A stretch of DNA of 64,000 bases from Octopus vulgaris (lineage: Eukaryota), in contig CATOCA020000001.1 in the NCBI GenBank assembly GCA_951406725.2, positions 4,650,001-4,714,000 on the forward strand, in the 5' to 3' direction. Shown here one piece after another: positions 26,085 through 38,664 of this stretch. Positions within the stretch are counted from its first letter, which is position 1; each line of letters starts with the position of its first letter. The notes beneath the pieces were generated by a model. The model searched no databases, was not told where the DNA came from, and saw only the letters and a list, made by a program, of their open reading frames with translations. The position numbers and the translations under genes were made by a program.

Positions 26085-28489
26085 CTGAATAACAATAACA
26101 AGAGAAATAAAATTATATTAAATTTTCAAAAGACATGAATGGGTAATATTAATTTGTAACAGCAACTTCCTACGCAATTCGAGTCACAAAAAAAATCAAA
26201 TCTTCTCAATTTAACGAAAACATTGCACAACATTCCTACCACACCATTTTCAAGACACTTTCCATTTCATTTATTGTAGATAAACACGGAAATAGCAACA
26301 TCAGTGGGGTTACAAGCTGAAAACACTGATATACACCAGCGGAGTTTGTTACTGAAGAGCGATATCCATGATGATCTGGCTATGTATACCTTGACCACTT
26401 CAATTGTGGTTAATACTAGAAGGTCTACACATGTACAACCACATACTGTACAATGAGGAAATAATTTATTGCATCCCGACTGCTACCACACTCCACCCCA
26501 CAAAACAAAACACTGTATTTTGTAAGTTAACTCTGTGATGTTTAACAAGATGAAAGAATGGAATATTTGACGGGTTAGATCTGGGTGTTTTTTACGGAGG
26601 CTGTGACCAGCTGCGTATTGTTATATATGTGTGTGTGTGTGAGTACTAAAGATGGCCTGAGTAGCTATTACACAACCAATCGTAAGATTTATGATCTCTC
26701 TCTTTCTCTCTCTCTCTCTCGCTCTCTCTCTCTCCCTGACCCCATGTTAGACGTTAAAAATTAGATTAGCCCCAACACCAATTCTATGAATGAATGAGGT
26801 AAATAAAATTCGAATAAACAAAACAGAAATTGCCTTTTACCGATTTAGAGATAACGAATAATTATTGATAATTTATAGTCAATAACTTTCTGCACTCCAC
26901 TTCCTTAATGCTGGGCTAATTCTAAATGCTCTGATTTAAAATACCAATTAGTGTTTTACAAATATACAGATATATATGAAAATATTCACAGAAATATATA
27001 ACCCTGTAATTACCCATGTGATCTTTTAGTAATTACTAGTATTTATGGCAATCCAGAAACCTGTAATTATCCATTATCTCAGTTGAGATTTGGTCAGTCT
27101 ATCTCCTAATTTAACATGTATAACTTTGATGTATTTGCAAGTAATTAGTATCCATCGCTACCTACCATCACTACCACTATCATCATTGAACGTCGGTTCC
27201 CCATTCTGGCAGGGTTTGTACGTTTTGTCAGGGGCTGGCTAGGGAGAAGAATGCACCAGGCTTCACTGTCTGATTTGGCAGGATTTTACAGCTGGATACT
27301 CTTCCCAACACCAACAACCTTACAGTGGGGTCTGGATCCACAAGCACTGGTGGGGGTCACCAAAGAACTTGCAAGACAAAAAACCTTTGAGAGGGAGAGC
27401 ATTGGAGGAGGAGGTGGTCGTGTGTCAGGGGATGACAGGTTCGACTGTGACAGAGGGATTGAAACAGGTGTCCTATAGTAGAAGACATACATGATTACCC
27501 AGTGAGAGGAGGAGGGCAAGAGAAACAGTGAGAGTGAGCAACCAAGGAATGTTAATAAATAATTAAGCACTCTGGTACCTCACACACCGTTGTAACTCAG
27601 TCTCCATCATTTACTGTTGTCAGCCTCCACCGCTCCTTCGAATCACTTTTTTTATCCTTATTGTCTCGTATCTTTTAGTCTGCATTCCGATTCTTCTATA
27701 ATCTCTTCTTCTCCCATCTTAAACATATCAGTGAACAAACACATCATAGAGTAGTGAGGACTAACTTTCTAATAATTTGGAATGTGACTCAACCTCACTA
27801 ATGCTGGTGCTATGATCAAATGCTCCCACTACACACTAGGAGGTGGTTGTTGGATGAGAGTTGACACCGTAAGTTTGAGAGGGAGGTTTAATCTTGCCGA
27901 GGACATGGCAATCTCTTGTAGTGTTTGTGCCACAATTATATTCACCCAGGACCCTTTGTAAAGTGGTTGGTGATAAGAAGGGCATACCACCATGAAAAAG
28001 CTGGAATGGTTAATTGAGAGGTAATCCTCAAGCAATCATTATGGGTAGTTTACTGTTATGACATGGACAGTGACCACCCATCCAGTACATGGGAGCATAG
28101 AGAGCAGATGATAAAAGGGAGAGGATGATATCATTTACTGTATTGAAACTTGCAGATAGTGAAAGGGAGCGAGAAAGAGAGAGAGAGAGAGAAAAAGAGA
28201 GAAACAAAGAAAGGCGGAGAGAGAGAGAGTTTGTCTGAGCTGCAAAGCAGCCTTCTACTTGAATAAAGGCAATATTGAATAGATGTAATGGTTGAATAGT
28301 GGACGTAATGACAGTGAAAAGAAACCAGGCTGTTCACTATTGGAACAAGTTTCACCATAACATCTGGTTAAGCAAAAGCACCAACAACAATAATCAATCA
28401 GTAAGCTTACTAAAAATGTAAAACGAACAAACACTTTGTCATTAAATCACCCGTTTACCTTTAAACAACAAAATCCTTTTAGTTCCTAT

Positions 28490-28725
28490 TCTAAAGGACA
28501 ATATCATTTTCTACTCTAGGCACAAGGCCAGAATCCTTTGGCGACGGAGTCAGTCGATTAGATCGACCCCAGTACGCAACTGGTACTCAATTTATCGGCC
28601 TCGAAAGGATGGAAGGCAAAATCGACCTCGGTGGAATTTGAACTTAGGATGTAAAGACAGATGAAGTAAAGCTAAGCATTTCGCCCGGCGTTCTAATGTT
28701 TCTGCCAGCTCGCCACCTTCCCAAA
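28490..28725 (-). mobile_element. tRNA-derived SINE (second family)
   Basis: Head ggcgagctggcagaaacattag..gttcaaattccaccgaggtcga, tail ..gccttgtgcctagagtagaa; degraded copy at ~60960-61070. Confidence 0.8.
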
Positions 28726-29248
28726 GGACAATATTAACTCTATTCTGTTTTCTAATTTAGCCATTTTGCCAACAGCGATAACCTTGGTGGACATTTTATT
28801 AAATTTCAATAATAACAATATTTTAAAAAACAAATTGATGTGGTTACTTGACTGGGAACGAGAGGAGCTGCTGCTTGTTGTATACAAAGGGAGTGAAAGA
28901 GAGCGAAAAAGGGAGAGGACGAGAGAGACTAAAGTGAGATGACAGACGGTACTTATTCTCCTTAAAGGGACAGAACCGCTTTAGGGTTTATATTTTATCT
29001 TTTGCATATTTCTCCTTATCTTGAGACGCCTTTTTTTCTGAGTGGAAGAATATCTGATGCTTCCACTTTTCTATAAAATCCATTTCTTGGATATTCCTGT
29101 AGTTGTACAAGAATAGAAAAAATGTGTAGCTAACCATTCGAAATAAATGTAGCAAAAGAACTTGTTCTCAGTCATTCTGTCAAACAAAGTTGTTTGGATA
29201 ATGGTAAAATTGATCGAAATCAATAAGGTATTGGCAATTTATACTCAC

Positions 29249-29299
29249 CAGCTGGCTCCACCTCTGTTTGGACTTCATTGTCAACAAGCGTTAAAGTAA
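29249..29299 (-). pseudogene. Micro-exon 10 (TLTLVDNEVQTEVEPA), acceptor AA instead of AG
   Basis: tgtttcAA|51 nt open|gtgagt. Confidence 0.75.
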
Positions 29300-30081
29300 T
29301 TGAAACAAAATTTTCTAAATTTTACACTTTACAGAAAAATGTCTTTATCTTAATTAATAATCAAAATTTTGTTATTCTGTGACATTCCTGTCCTTGATGG
29401 TCAACTGGTGACCCTTACGGCTTGGGTCAACATTTTCATACTTTCTATAGGGATACCATGTAATAGCTCAATATTCAGGTCCACAACTAAATAGACTAAC
29501 CTTCATATATCTCCCTATTAAGACATCCCACATAATCTAAGAATCACTCTATTAAGATATCTCCATAATCTAATAATTATCTTATATAATTATCACTTGA
29601 TAACACTGATTATCTCTTAGCTTAATTTTCCCTTCCATCTATCGGAGCCCAATCTACGATATGGCATTGTTCTCTCACCTCCAGATTTCCCTAATGAACT
29701 CCCAGGAAGAATGGGACGAAATGGTGAGTAATGATCTTGAAATGTTGAGCCTAACAGTCACTTGGCAGTTTGCTGTGCTTGAGAACAACCACCGACCTAA
29801 ATAAAATCAATGTCCCCCAACAATGCCTCCCCCGCACATGTCGCATTCTCCTCCATTCTCCCTCATGTACCTACATGCACATATGATGCCCTACTGTTTC
29901 TCATCCCCAACCATATCCACCATTCCTCCTTCCTCTACTACCTTCCTTTCACAAACTTATAAACTAACCCTCCCTCCCAGATCACTCTCTGTCGTATTTC
30001 ACCATTTTCTCTATCGACACATGAGGCAGCCATAGAAACAAAGGCAAAATAGACATTTGTGGGCTGTTATTTTATACTTAT

Positions 30082-30136
30082 CAACTGGCTCTGCTACCAT
30101 CGTCTGCACTTTATTTCCCTTTAAGCTTTAGATTCT
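30082..30136 (-). pseudogene. Micro-exon 9 (..NKVQTMVAEPV), donor AT, 55 nt frameshifted
   Basis: tatttcag|55 nt|ATaagt. Confidence 0.7.
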
Positions 30137-30272
30137 CTGAAATAAATATTATTTACACTAAAACCATTTTATCATTACCAATAATCTATATTCTGTTATT
30201 GTGAGAGATTCCTATCATCAATGGTCTACAAGAGTTCACACAGGTTTCGGTCAATATTTATATACTTTCAAC

Positions 30273-31337
30273 AGTGGGCCCATTATTTATGCCCTCCACA
30301 AAATTGATTGGCATTCCTAAATCTCCGCTCTCAATTAAGACATCTTACATATCTCATATACTTCTCACGTATCCTCCTTAATAAAGTAGATGAGGTAATG
30401 GCAAACTTGATAGAAATCAAAAAGGTAATGTTGATTTATACTCACCAACTGGTTCTACTTCTGTTTCAACTTCATTGTCAACAAGTGCTGGCGTCTCTGA
30501 AATAAATATTCTAAATTTTACCCTTCATAGAAAAACATCTTTATATTTCTTAATAATCAAAATTTTATTCTTTGTGAGGTATTCCTGTCGTTGCTGGTCA
30601 GCTGGTGACCAGTACTGCTCGGGTCGACATTTTCATACTTTCTACAGTAATACCATGTAATAGCTCAATATCCAGGTCCACAACTAAATAGACTCACCTT
30701 CCTATATATCCCAATTATGGCATCCTACATAATCTAACAATAACCCTATTAAGACATCTATATAATCTAATCATTACCTTCTTTAATTTTTCATTTGAAA
30801 ACACTGATAATCACCTAGATTAATTTGCCCTTTCATCAGTCGGAGCCCTATCAATGATTTGGCCTTGTCTTATCACCTGCAGATTTCTCTAATCAACATT
30901 CTTCTCCTCTTCTCATTCTGACGTCAATGAAACTGGACTCCAAACATCTAACCATAAACGCATGTCACAATACATCAAGTAGGATTAATATACACCTGCT
31001 CTCTTTTTAAAAGGTTACTGCTGGTAATCTTTAACCTTAAATCCCCACATCACAATTCATCAGAATAGGATATGATTCTGGAAACATTTGAAGATATTTC
31101 AATGTCATTAATCCTCCTTAATAATCAGTTATTTTCAGGTGAACAATGTTTGCTCCTAAGCAAGTGGAGCAGAAAGTGATATCAGGTATCCCAAAACACG
31201 GTACTCTTGTATAGAAACTCATTATCTGTACACACACAAACACACAAGCACATACACACACGCACACACGCATACACATACATATTTATGTGTGTGTGAA
31301 TGTATATATGTATATGTATGTATATATAGATGTATGT

Positions 31338-31385
<48 letters not shown>

Positions 31386-31390
31386 TTATA

Positions 31391-31441
<51 letters not shown>

Positions 31442-32618
31442 GTTTATGTATCATATATGTATATATATATATATATGAACGTTCATTTACTTATTACAGC
31501 AAAGGAATTATATTTGGAATAGTACTGACTTTCAAGAATATATAAGCAAGACAGAGACATACATCAAACTGGAAGCGCCAAATTTATTTTGCACTAGCAT
31601 TAAAGACCCATCGTTGCCGTGTCATAGTGCTAGTGCATGTATATATGTGTATATATTTGTGTACATATTACATTTACATCTATAAATATACATCTACACA
31701 TAAAATGCAAAATACAAAGTTATATCTTGATATCGCTAGTGATAACAATACTCAAAATATATAACAGACTGGAATTTTTAGCTCTTCTTATTTCTCCGCA
31801 TTTTATACTTTATAGACAATAGTCTTTTCTTTAATTTAACTTTTTACTATCCATCTGGACTATTCCATTTCTGCTCGCTAATTTTATTTTTAATTTATTC
31901 CCATTCATGTGAAACCACTTATTCTAGTTCAAATCATTGATGCAATTTTATACCAATTGCGACTTTTCCTTTTGTTATGTTACGATTATATTACAATTTA
32001 GTTTGATTTTAATTATTACTTACTACATATAATTCAATTGTTATTATTATTTTTATTGTTAAAATGAAAGCATCTGACATAAAATAGAGAATTATTTTTG
32101 TTTCACTTTTAACACGTAATACTGAAATAGTGGAGAAGATATGATATTGCTATGGGCTCGCTCTAGGCAAGAAGTTGAACATTTTCGTTGGCCCATGACA
32201 CTCCCCGGACCCTAAGTAAGGCATATGTAAAATCTGAATGAAATTGGTTGTGTAGTTCTCAAGTTTTAGGGAAACACACAGACAGACAGACAGACAGACA
32301 CACATTCTCAGTTTTAAATATATAAAGTTTATATATGTTGTTTTTTAACCGCATCACAGTTTGTGCCTTGATCCGATTGCCTCAAGACGTGTCTCTCAGC
32401 AAGCTACCGTACCATTGTCTTCAAGCTTTTGGCATGATTTCTCCTGCTATTTGTAACTTCACTTGTTTCTGCTGATCATTTACAAACGATACACAGCACT
32501 ACTTATTCGATTTAAACCACACTTTTGCCCCAAATGATGAGTTAATCCAGTCTAACCAGAATTATTTGCATATCCTTCTGATCTCTGCTTAGTATTATTA
32601 AGTAATCCATGAATGCCT
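30273..32618 (+). repeat. Recent segmental duplication copy A (copy B 36254-38545)
   Basis: Nearly identical ~2.3 kb including a micro-exon, Helitron-like element and RT fragment. Confidence 0.95.
30446..30496 (-). CDS. Micro-exon 8 (ETPALVDNEVETEVEPV), recent duplicate of micro-exon 7
   Basis: tatttcag|51 nt|gtgagt; lies in a near-identical 2.3-kb duplication. Confidence 0.8.
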
Positions 32619-33480
32619 TCTTGTTGTAATTCACTTGAGCCCTTTCTGCTGATATAAGTAACATCCTCATAACCATCTCAAACCAAATGGCTCATATTGT
32701 CAACATACGGCTATTCAAATTCCTGTCTCAACACGATGCCAGTGTGTTGTAACATTTTCTGTGATGAACCGCATTGTGAAATCATTATAGCAGCTCATAA
32801 TCAGATCTTTAATCTCCTATTAATCGTTCATTGCTTCCATCAACCATTTCTATGGTATAGAACAATAAGCATTAGCCAGATCAGGCCATACATCTTTCAA
32901 ATCAGTTATATTCTCCTTTCCTTCTTGCATTAATTCCAGATTGAAAATGCTTGTTGCGCACACGCTGGAGGTCCGGTGATTCCAGTCCTCCGGACACATT
33001 TACTCAGATAGCCATTCTTTTATAGATATGTAGCTGATATCTAAGCCCATGTAAACCTTACCATTCTCTATTGAAATTGTCCTGCTGCCACTTGCTTTGG
33101 TAAGTAAACACTTTCTTGTATGTACAGGTCATCAATCGGTTCACCTTTATACCCCAAATCTCTTCTTCCAGGTTATGCTTATAACATAACTGAGTACAAC
33201 GTTTCTATACGTTCTGTGGTACAGCATCACCTCGTGTTGCACTCTAAACTCTTACTTTCTTTACACAACTCTCAACTTCTTTCTTCCTCTTTCTTCATGA
33301 AATCACTAAGCTGAAATATTTTGATTCTTCGTTTCATTCGGCATTTCAAACTGTCCATGGCTGGGAATGGTTGATTTCGCTTTAGGTCACTGTACATCTC
33401 TTGTATATTCCCATCATTTTCCATGCCTTATAGCCTGCGACACATGGCATCAACAAACACCATTCTCGTACCATTACAAT
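32335..33480 (-). mobile_element. Heavily decayed R2/NeSL-like RT fragment (homologs ~38275-38545, ~40480-41400, ~43960-44880)
   Basis: Minus-strand remnants DLKDVWPDLANAYCSIP / LNVVWLDQSNA.GC, EMLLRSAD, AFMD. Confidence 0.7.
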
Positions 33481-33550
33481 GGTTCTTTAGGAACTGCTAT
33501 CTAAAACTATTTACCTTATTTAAATATATGGCCTGATCTTGTTTGTTGTT

Positions 33551-33596
33551 AGCACAACGTTTCGGCTGTTATACCCTGCAGCCTTCATCAGGTGCT
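33551..33596 (-). ncRNA. Minimal type-I hammerhead ribozyme
   Basis: AGCAC-CUGAUGA-A-GGCUG(CAGGGUAUAA)CAGCC-GAAAC-GUU^GUGCU; stems I and II 5 bp each, palindromic AACGUU. Confidence 0.8.
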
Positions 33597-33650
33597 TTGG
33601 GGAAATTCCTAAGGTATTTTTCGATGTTGTTGTTATTATTATTATTATTA

Positions 33651-36006
33651 CTTTTTTTTCTTCTTTCAAATTCTCTTCCATTTCTTGCCGAGTGTCTTCC
33701 CGACTCCTAGGGCAAAGAAACTCATAGTATACATTGGTAAGCCATTAAACCAAACTCAGTAGTTCGTTCATTTTTTTTTTTTTTAAAGTTAAATTAAAAT
33801 ACATGAGCAGCAACAGTTCTCACATCGACAATGCTCTTCTCAATACGTGTGATGTACCAGTTAAGACAATCTTTTGCACTTCTTGCAGGGTTGGTAAGCC
33901 AGGGATCATTCTCATATAATTTTCGGTTCCCTTCTTGATCATTCCTAGTGCTCCTACGATCACTGGTATTGTAACTGCCTTGAGATGCCACATTTTCTCA
34001 ATTTCAATGAGTAGGTCTTTATATTTTCTGAGCTTGTCAAACTCTTTCGCTGAGATATTATGATCACAGGGGATGCTCATGTCGATCAATAAGCAAACTT
34101 TATTGTTTTGGTCTTTCACAACAATATCTGGTTTATTGGCCTTGATGGGTCGGTCTGTATGTACTGGAAAGTCCCACAGAATGGTTACATTTTCTCCTTC
34201 AGTTACAGCCTCAGGGTGGTGATTATACCACTTGTCGGCAGTTTTGATATTGTAATGCCGACTTATTAGCCAGTGGAGATATTGGCCAACTCTGTCATGT
34301 CTTAATTTATACTCCACTGGTGCTAAGACTTTACATCCAGAGATTAGGTGGTCCACTGTTTCAATCATGTCGTTGCAGAATCGGCATTTTGGGTCTGCTC
34401 CATTTTTCATCACATTGGCCTGGTAGTTCCGGGTTAATAGGCTTTGATCTTGAGCAGCCAGGATGAAACCATCGCTCTCTGCTTTTAGCCCTGAGCTCCG
34501 TAGCCACTGATGGGTTTGCTTCTGGTCAACATCAGCTTGTTTGATGCGGGTCACATATTTGCCGTGCAGAGGTTTCTCCTCCCACCTATCAGCCAATTGC
34601 TCGTGCGCTTTCTTCATTGGCATCATTTTTACCTTCTTTGCAACAATAGTTGCCCTACTTCCCTCGGGTTGTTCAGTTTGGGTTTCCTGCACGAGATCAA
34701 TAGCAAATTTTTTGCTTTCCTTTATGATAGAATGAAGCTTCTTTCGTCTCTCGTGATTTTCCACGAGCTTTAGCATCCAGTCATTCGATATTTCGAGATA
34801 TTTGGCCAGTCCAATTGTGGTTGTTTTGTAAGCTAGTTCAAATTGGATCAGGCCTCGACCTTCTTGGGCTCTGGGAAGGTAAAGGCGATCTACGTCTGCC
34901 TTTGGGTGGTGCATCCTATTACAACTCAGCAGCTTGCGTATTTTTCTATCTATATTCTTTACTTCACTCATATTCCAGTTCAACACATCGTAGCTATAAG
35001 TAACAACTAGAACTGCTAAGGAATTTATAGCTAACACCTTGTTACGTGCATTTAGTTCAGATTTCAGGACTGCACGAACTCTCCTATAACATTCCTTCCT
35101 GATTTTCTCTTTCATGCTTGCATGCTGAATACCAGACCCTTCATTTATCCCTAAATATTTGTATGTTTGTTCTTGCTCAAGCTCTCTTATGACTGTGTCA
35201 ACATCTAACACGACTGAATTTGTGGTCTTCACTTTACCTTTCTGGAAAGTGGCCTTGGCACACTTCTCAAGTCCAAACTCCATCCCGATGTCATCGCTGA
35301 ATGCTTTCATGGTGTGCAATAGGCCTTCAAGTTCATTATTGTCTTTACCATAAAGTTTTAAGTCATCCATATAAAATAGATGGCTTATTTTTTTATTGGC
35401 AATTTTATACCCATACCCTGTTCTGTTTAATTCACTTGTAAGTGGTATTAGGGCTATGCAGAATATTAAAGGTGAAAGTGAGTCACCTTGAAAAATTCCA
35501 CAGTTGATGTTTATATTTTCTGAGGCAAGTACTCCATTAGAGTGGTATAATTGGAGATTCGTATTCCACAACGACGTATTGTGCTTCAGGAAGTTTGAAA
35601 TCACAGGGGAAATTTTGAAGATGTCCAGCGATCTCAAGATCCATGGATGCGGTATACTGTCGAAGGCCTTTTTATAGTCAATCCATGCGGTGCTGAAATT
35701 TCTGCGCTTGTTGTGACAGTTCTCAAGGATCATACGATTGATTAGCAGTTGATCTTTGCATCCGTAAGAGCCTCGGCGGCACCCTTTTTGTTCAATGAGG
35801 AGAATATCGTTCTTCTCCATGAATGCATATGTTTTCTCCGCCAGGATAGATGTTAGGATTTTATACGTGGTGAATAGACAGGTTATAGGCCTATAGTTTT
35901 TTGGAAGGTTGGTTTCGTTATTCTTTGGGAGTAGGTAAGTAATGCCACGTGCTAACCATTCAGGTGTTTTCTTTGGGTCTCTCATAATTCCATTGAGCAG
36001 CTGAAC
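33651..36006 (-). mobile_element. 5'-truncated non-LTR retrotransposon, R4/Dong-like clade (RT + CCHC finger + restriction-like endonuclease)
   Basis: Uninterrupted ORF to 33820: NYRPITCL, EQKGCR, IDYKKAFDSI, GIFQGDSLSP, YMDDLKLY, YKYLG, CRFC..ETVDHLISGC, RHD, KPDIVV..IDMSIP..KLRKY; (TAA)n on both sides. Confidence 0.95.
33820..36006 (-). CDS. Reverse transcriptase / RLE endonuclease ORF (N-terminally truncated)
   Basis: ORF track 33820..36096; first ~30 codons are (GAT/AAT)n microsatellite. Confidence 0.9.
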   Translation of the reverse strand, partial: VQLLNGIMRDPKKTPEWLARGITYLLPKNNETNLPKNYRPITCLFTTYKILTSILAEKTYAFMEKNDILLIEQKGCRRGSYGCKDQLLINRMILENCHNKRRNFSTAWIDYKKAFDSIPHPWILRSLDIFKISPVISNFLKHNTSLWNTNLQLYHSNGVLASENININCGIFQGDSLSPLIFCIALIPLTSELNRTGYGYKIANKKISHLFYMDDLKLYGKDNNELEGLLHTMKAFSDDIGMEFGLEKCAKATFQKGKVKTTNSVVLDVDTVIRELEQEQTYKYLGINEGSGIQHASMKEKIRKECYRRVRAVLKSELNARNKVLAINSLAVLVVTYSYDVLNWNMSEVKNIDRKIRKLLSCNRMHHPKADVDRLYLPRAQEGRGLIQFELAYKTTTIGLAKYLEISNDWMLKLVENHERRKKLHSIIKESKKFAIDLVQETQTEQPEGSRATIVAKKVKMMPMKKAHEQLADRWEEKPLHGKYVTRIKQADVDQKQTHQWLRSSGLKAESDGFILAAQDQSLLTRNYQANVMKNGADPKCRFCNDMIETVDHLISGCKVLAPVEYKLRHDRVGQYLHWLISRHYNIKTADKWYNHHPEAVTEGENVTILWDFPVHTDRPIKANKPDIVVKDQNNKVCLLIDMSIPCDHNISAKEFDKLRKYKDLLIEIEKMWHLKAVTIPVIVGALGMIKKGTENYMRMIPGLPTLQEVQKIVLTGTSHVLRRALSM

Positions 36007-36023
36007 TATTATTATTATTATTA

Positions 36024-36079
<56 letters not shown>

Positions 36080-36253
36080 TTCATCATCATCATCATTATT
36101 ATTCACGTCACTGCCTGAAATCAAACACGGAATCTTGGGGTTTTAGAAGCATGCTGTACGCCAGGGGGAGAAATTATGAACCAAATTTTAGGGATTATTT
36201 TCCTATATTTCCTTAATGCAGGTTCCAATATGCTACTCATCTCTACTTCGGAT

Positions 36254-37334
36254 AGTGGGCCCATTATTGATGCCCTCAACAAAATTGATTGGTATTCCTA
36301 AATCTCCGCTCTCAATTAAGACATCTTACGTATCTCATTTACTTCTCACGTATCCTCCTTAATAAAGTAGATGAGGTAATGGCAAACTAGATAGAAATCA
36401 AAAAGGTAATGTTGATTTATACTCACCAACTGGTCCTACTTCTGTTTGAACTTCATTGTCAACAAGTGCTGGCGTCTCTGAAATAAATATTCTAAATTTT
36501 ACACTTCATAGAAAAACATCTTTATATTTCTTAATAATCAAAATGTTATTCTTGTGAGGTATTCCTGTCGTTGCTGGTCAGCTGGTGACCAGTACTGCTC
36601 GGGTCGACATTTTCATACTTTCTACAGTAATACCATGTAATAGCTCAATATCCAGGTCCACAACTAAATAGACTCACCTTCCTATATATCCCAATTATGG
36701 CATCCTACATAATCTAACAATAACCCTATTAAGACATCTATATAATCTAATCATTACCTTCTTTAATTTTTCATTTGAAAACACTGATAATCACCTAGAT
36801 TAATTTGCCCTTTCATCAGTCGGAGCCCTATCAATGATTTGGCCTTGTCTTATCACCTGCAGATTTCTCTAATCAACATTCTTCTCCTCTTCTCATTCTG
36901 ACGTCAATGAAGCTGGACTCCAAACATCTAACCATAAACGCATGTCACAATACATCAAGTAGGATTAATATACACCTGCTCTCTTTTTAAAAGGTTACTG
37001 CTGGTAATCTTTAACCTTAAATCCCCACATCACAATTCATCAGAATAGGATATGATTCTGGAAACATTTGAAGATATTTCAATGTCATTAATCCTCCTTA
37101 ATAATCAGTTATTTTCAGGTGAACAATGTTTGCTCCTAAGCAAGTGGAGCAGAAAGTGATATCAGGTATCCCAAAACACGGTACTCTTGTATAGAAACTC
37201 ATTATCTGTACACACACAAACACACAAGCACATACACACACGCACACACGCACACACACACATATTTATGTGTGTGTGAATGGATATATGTATATGTATG
37301 TATATGTAGATGTATGTTGATATATATATTTATA

Positions 37335-37373
<39 letters not shown>

Positions 37374-38545
37374 GTTTATGTATCATATATGTATAAATAT
37401 ATGAACGTTCATTTACTTATTACAGCAAAGGAATTATATTTGGAATAGTACTGACTTTCAAGAATATATAAGCAAGACAGAGACATACATCAAACTGGAA
37501 GCGCCAAATTTATTTTGCACTAGCATTAAAGACCCATCGTTGCCGTGTCATAGTGCTAGTGCATGTATATATGTGTATATATTTGTGTACATATTACATT
37601 TACATCTATAAATATACATCTACACATAAAATGCAAAATACAAAGTTATATCTTGATATCGCTAGTGATAACAATACTCAAAATATATAACAGACTGGAA
37701 TTTTTAGCTCTTCTTATTTCTCCGCATTTTATACTTTATAGACAATAGTCTTTTCTTTAATTTAACTTTTTACTATCCATCTGGACTATTCCATTTCTGC
37801 TCGCTAATTTTATTTTTAATTTATTCCCATTCATGTGAAACCACTTATTCTAGTTCAAATCATTGATGCAATTTTATACCAATTGCGATTTTTCCTTTTG
37901 TTATGTTACGATTATATTATAATTTAGTTTGATTTTAATTATTACTTACTACATATAATTCAATTGTTATTATTATTTTTATTGTTAAAGTGAAAGCATC
38001 TGACATAAAATAGAGAATTATTTTTGTTTCACTTTTAACACGTAATACTGAAATAGTGGAGAAGATATGATATTGCTATGGGCTCGCTCTAGGCAAGAAG
38101 TTGAACATTTTCGTTGGCCCATGACACTCCCCGGACCCTAAGTAAGGCATATGTAAAATCTGAATGAAATTGGTTGTGTAGTTCTCAAGTTTTAGGGAAA
38201 CACACAGACAGACAGACAGACAGACACACATTCTCAGTTTTAAATATATAAAGTTTATATATGTTGTTTTTTAACCACATCACAGTTTGTGCCTTGATCC
38301 TATTACCTCAAGACGTGTCTCTCAGCAAGCTACCGTACCATTGTCTTCAAGCTTTTGGCATGATTTCTCCTCCTATTTGTAACTTCACTTGTTTCTGCTG
38401 ATCATTTACAAACGATACACAGCACTACTTATTCGATTTAAACCACACTTTTGCCCCAAATGATGAGTTAATCCAGTCTAACCAGAATTATTTGCATATC
38501 CTTCTGATCTCTCCTTAGTATTATTAAGTAATCCATGAATGCCTC
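36254..38545 (+). repeat. Recent segmental duplication copy B
   Basis: See copy A; the identical spurious 61-aa ORF appears at 31637 and 37563. Confidence 0.95.
36427..36477 (-). CDS. Micro-exon 7 (ETPALVDNEVQTEVGPV)
   Basis: tatttcag|51 nt|gtgagt, phase 1-1. Confidence 0.8.
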
Positions 38546-38592
38546 AGCTGAAGGTAAAATTGATAGAATTCAATTAGATATTTTATACTCAC

Positions 38593-38664
38593 CAACTTGC
38601 TGTGATGCATCTTTTGAAGTAAATGCCTCTGTCTGGACTTGCTTGTTCTGAGACTTGGGAAACC
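38593..38664 (-). CDS. Micro-exon 6 (FPKSQNKQVQTEAFTSKDASQQV)
   Basis: tatttcag|72 nt|gtgagt, phase 1-1, open. Confidence 0.8.

Noticed and set aside
31139-31185. Plus-strand exon-like segment ttttcag|...atatcag|gtatcc repeated in duplication units
   Set aside because: 47 nt, splice sites not kept in all homologous copies, no partner exons.
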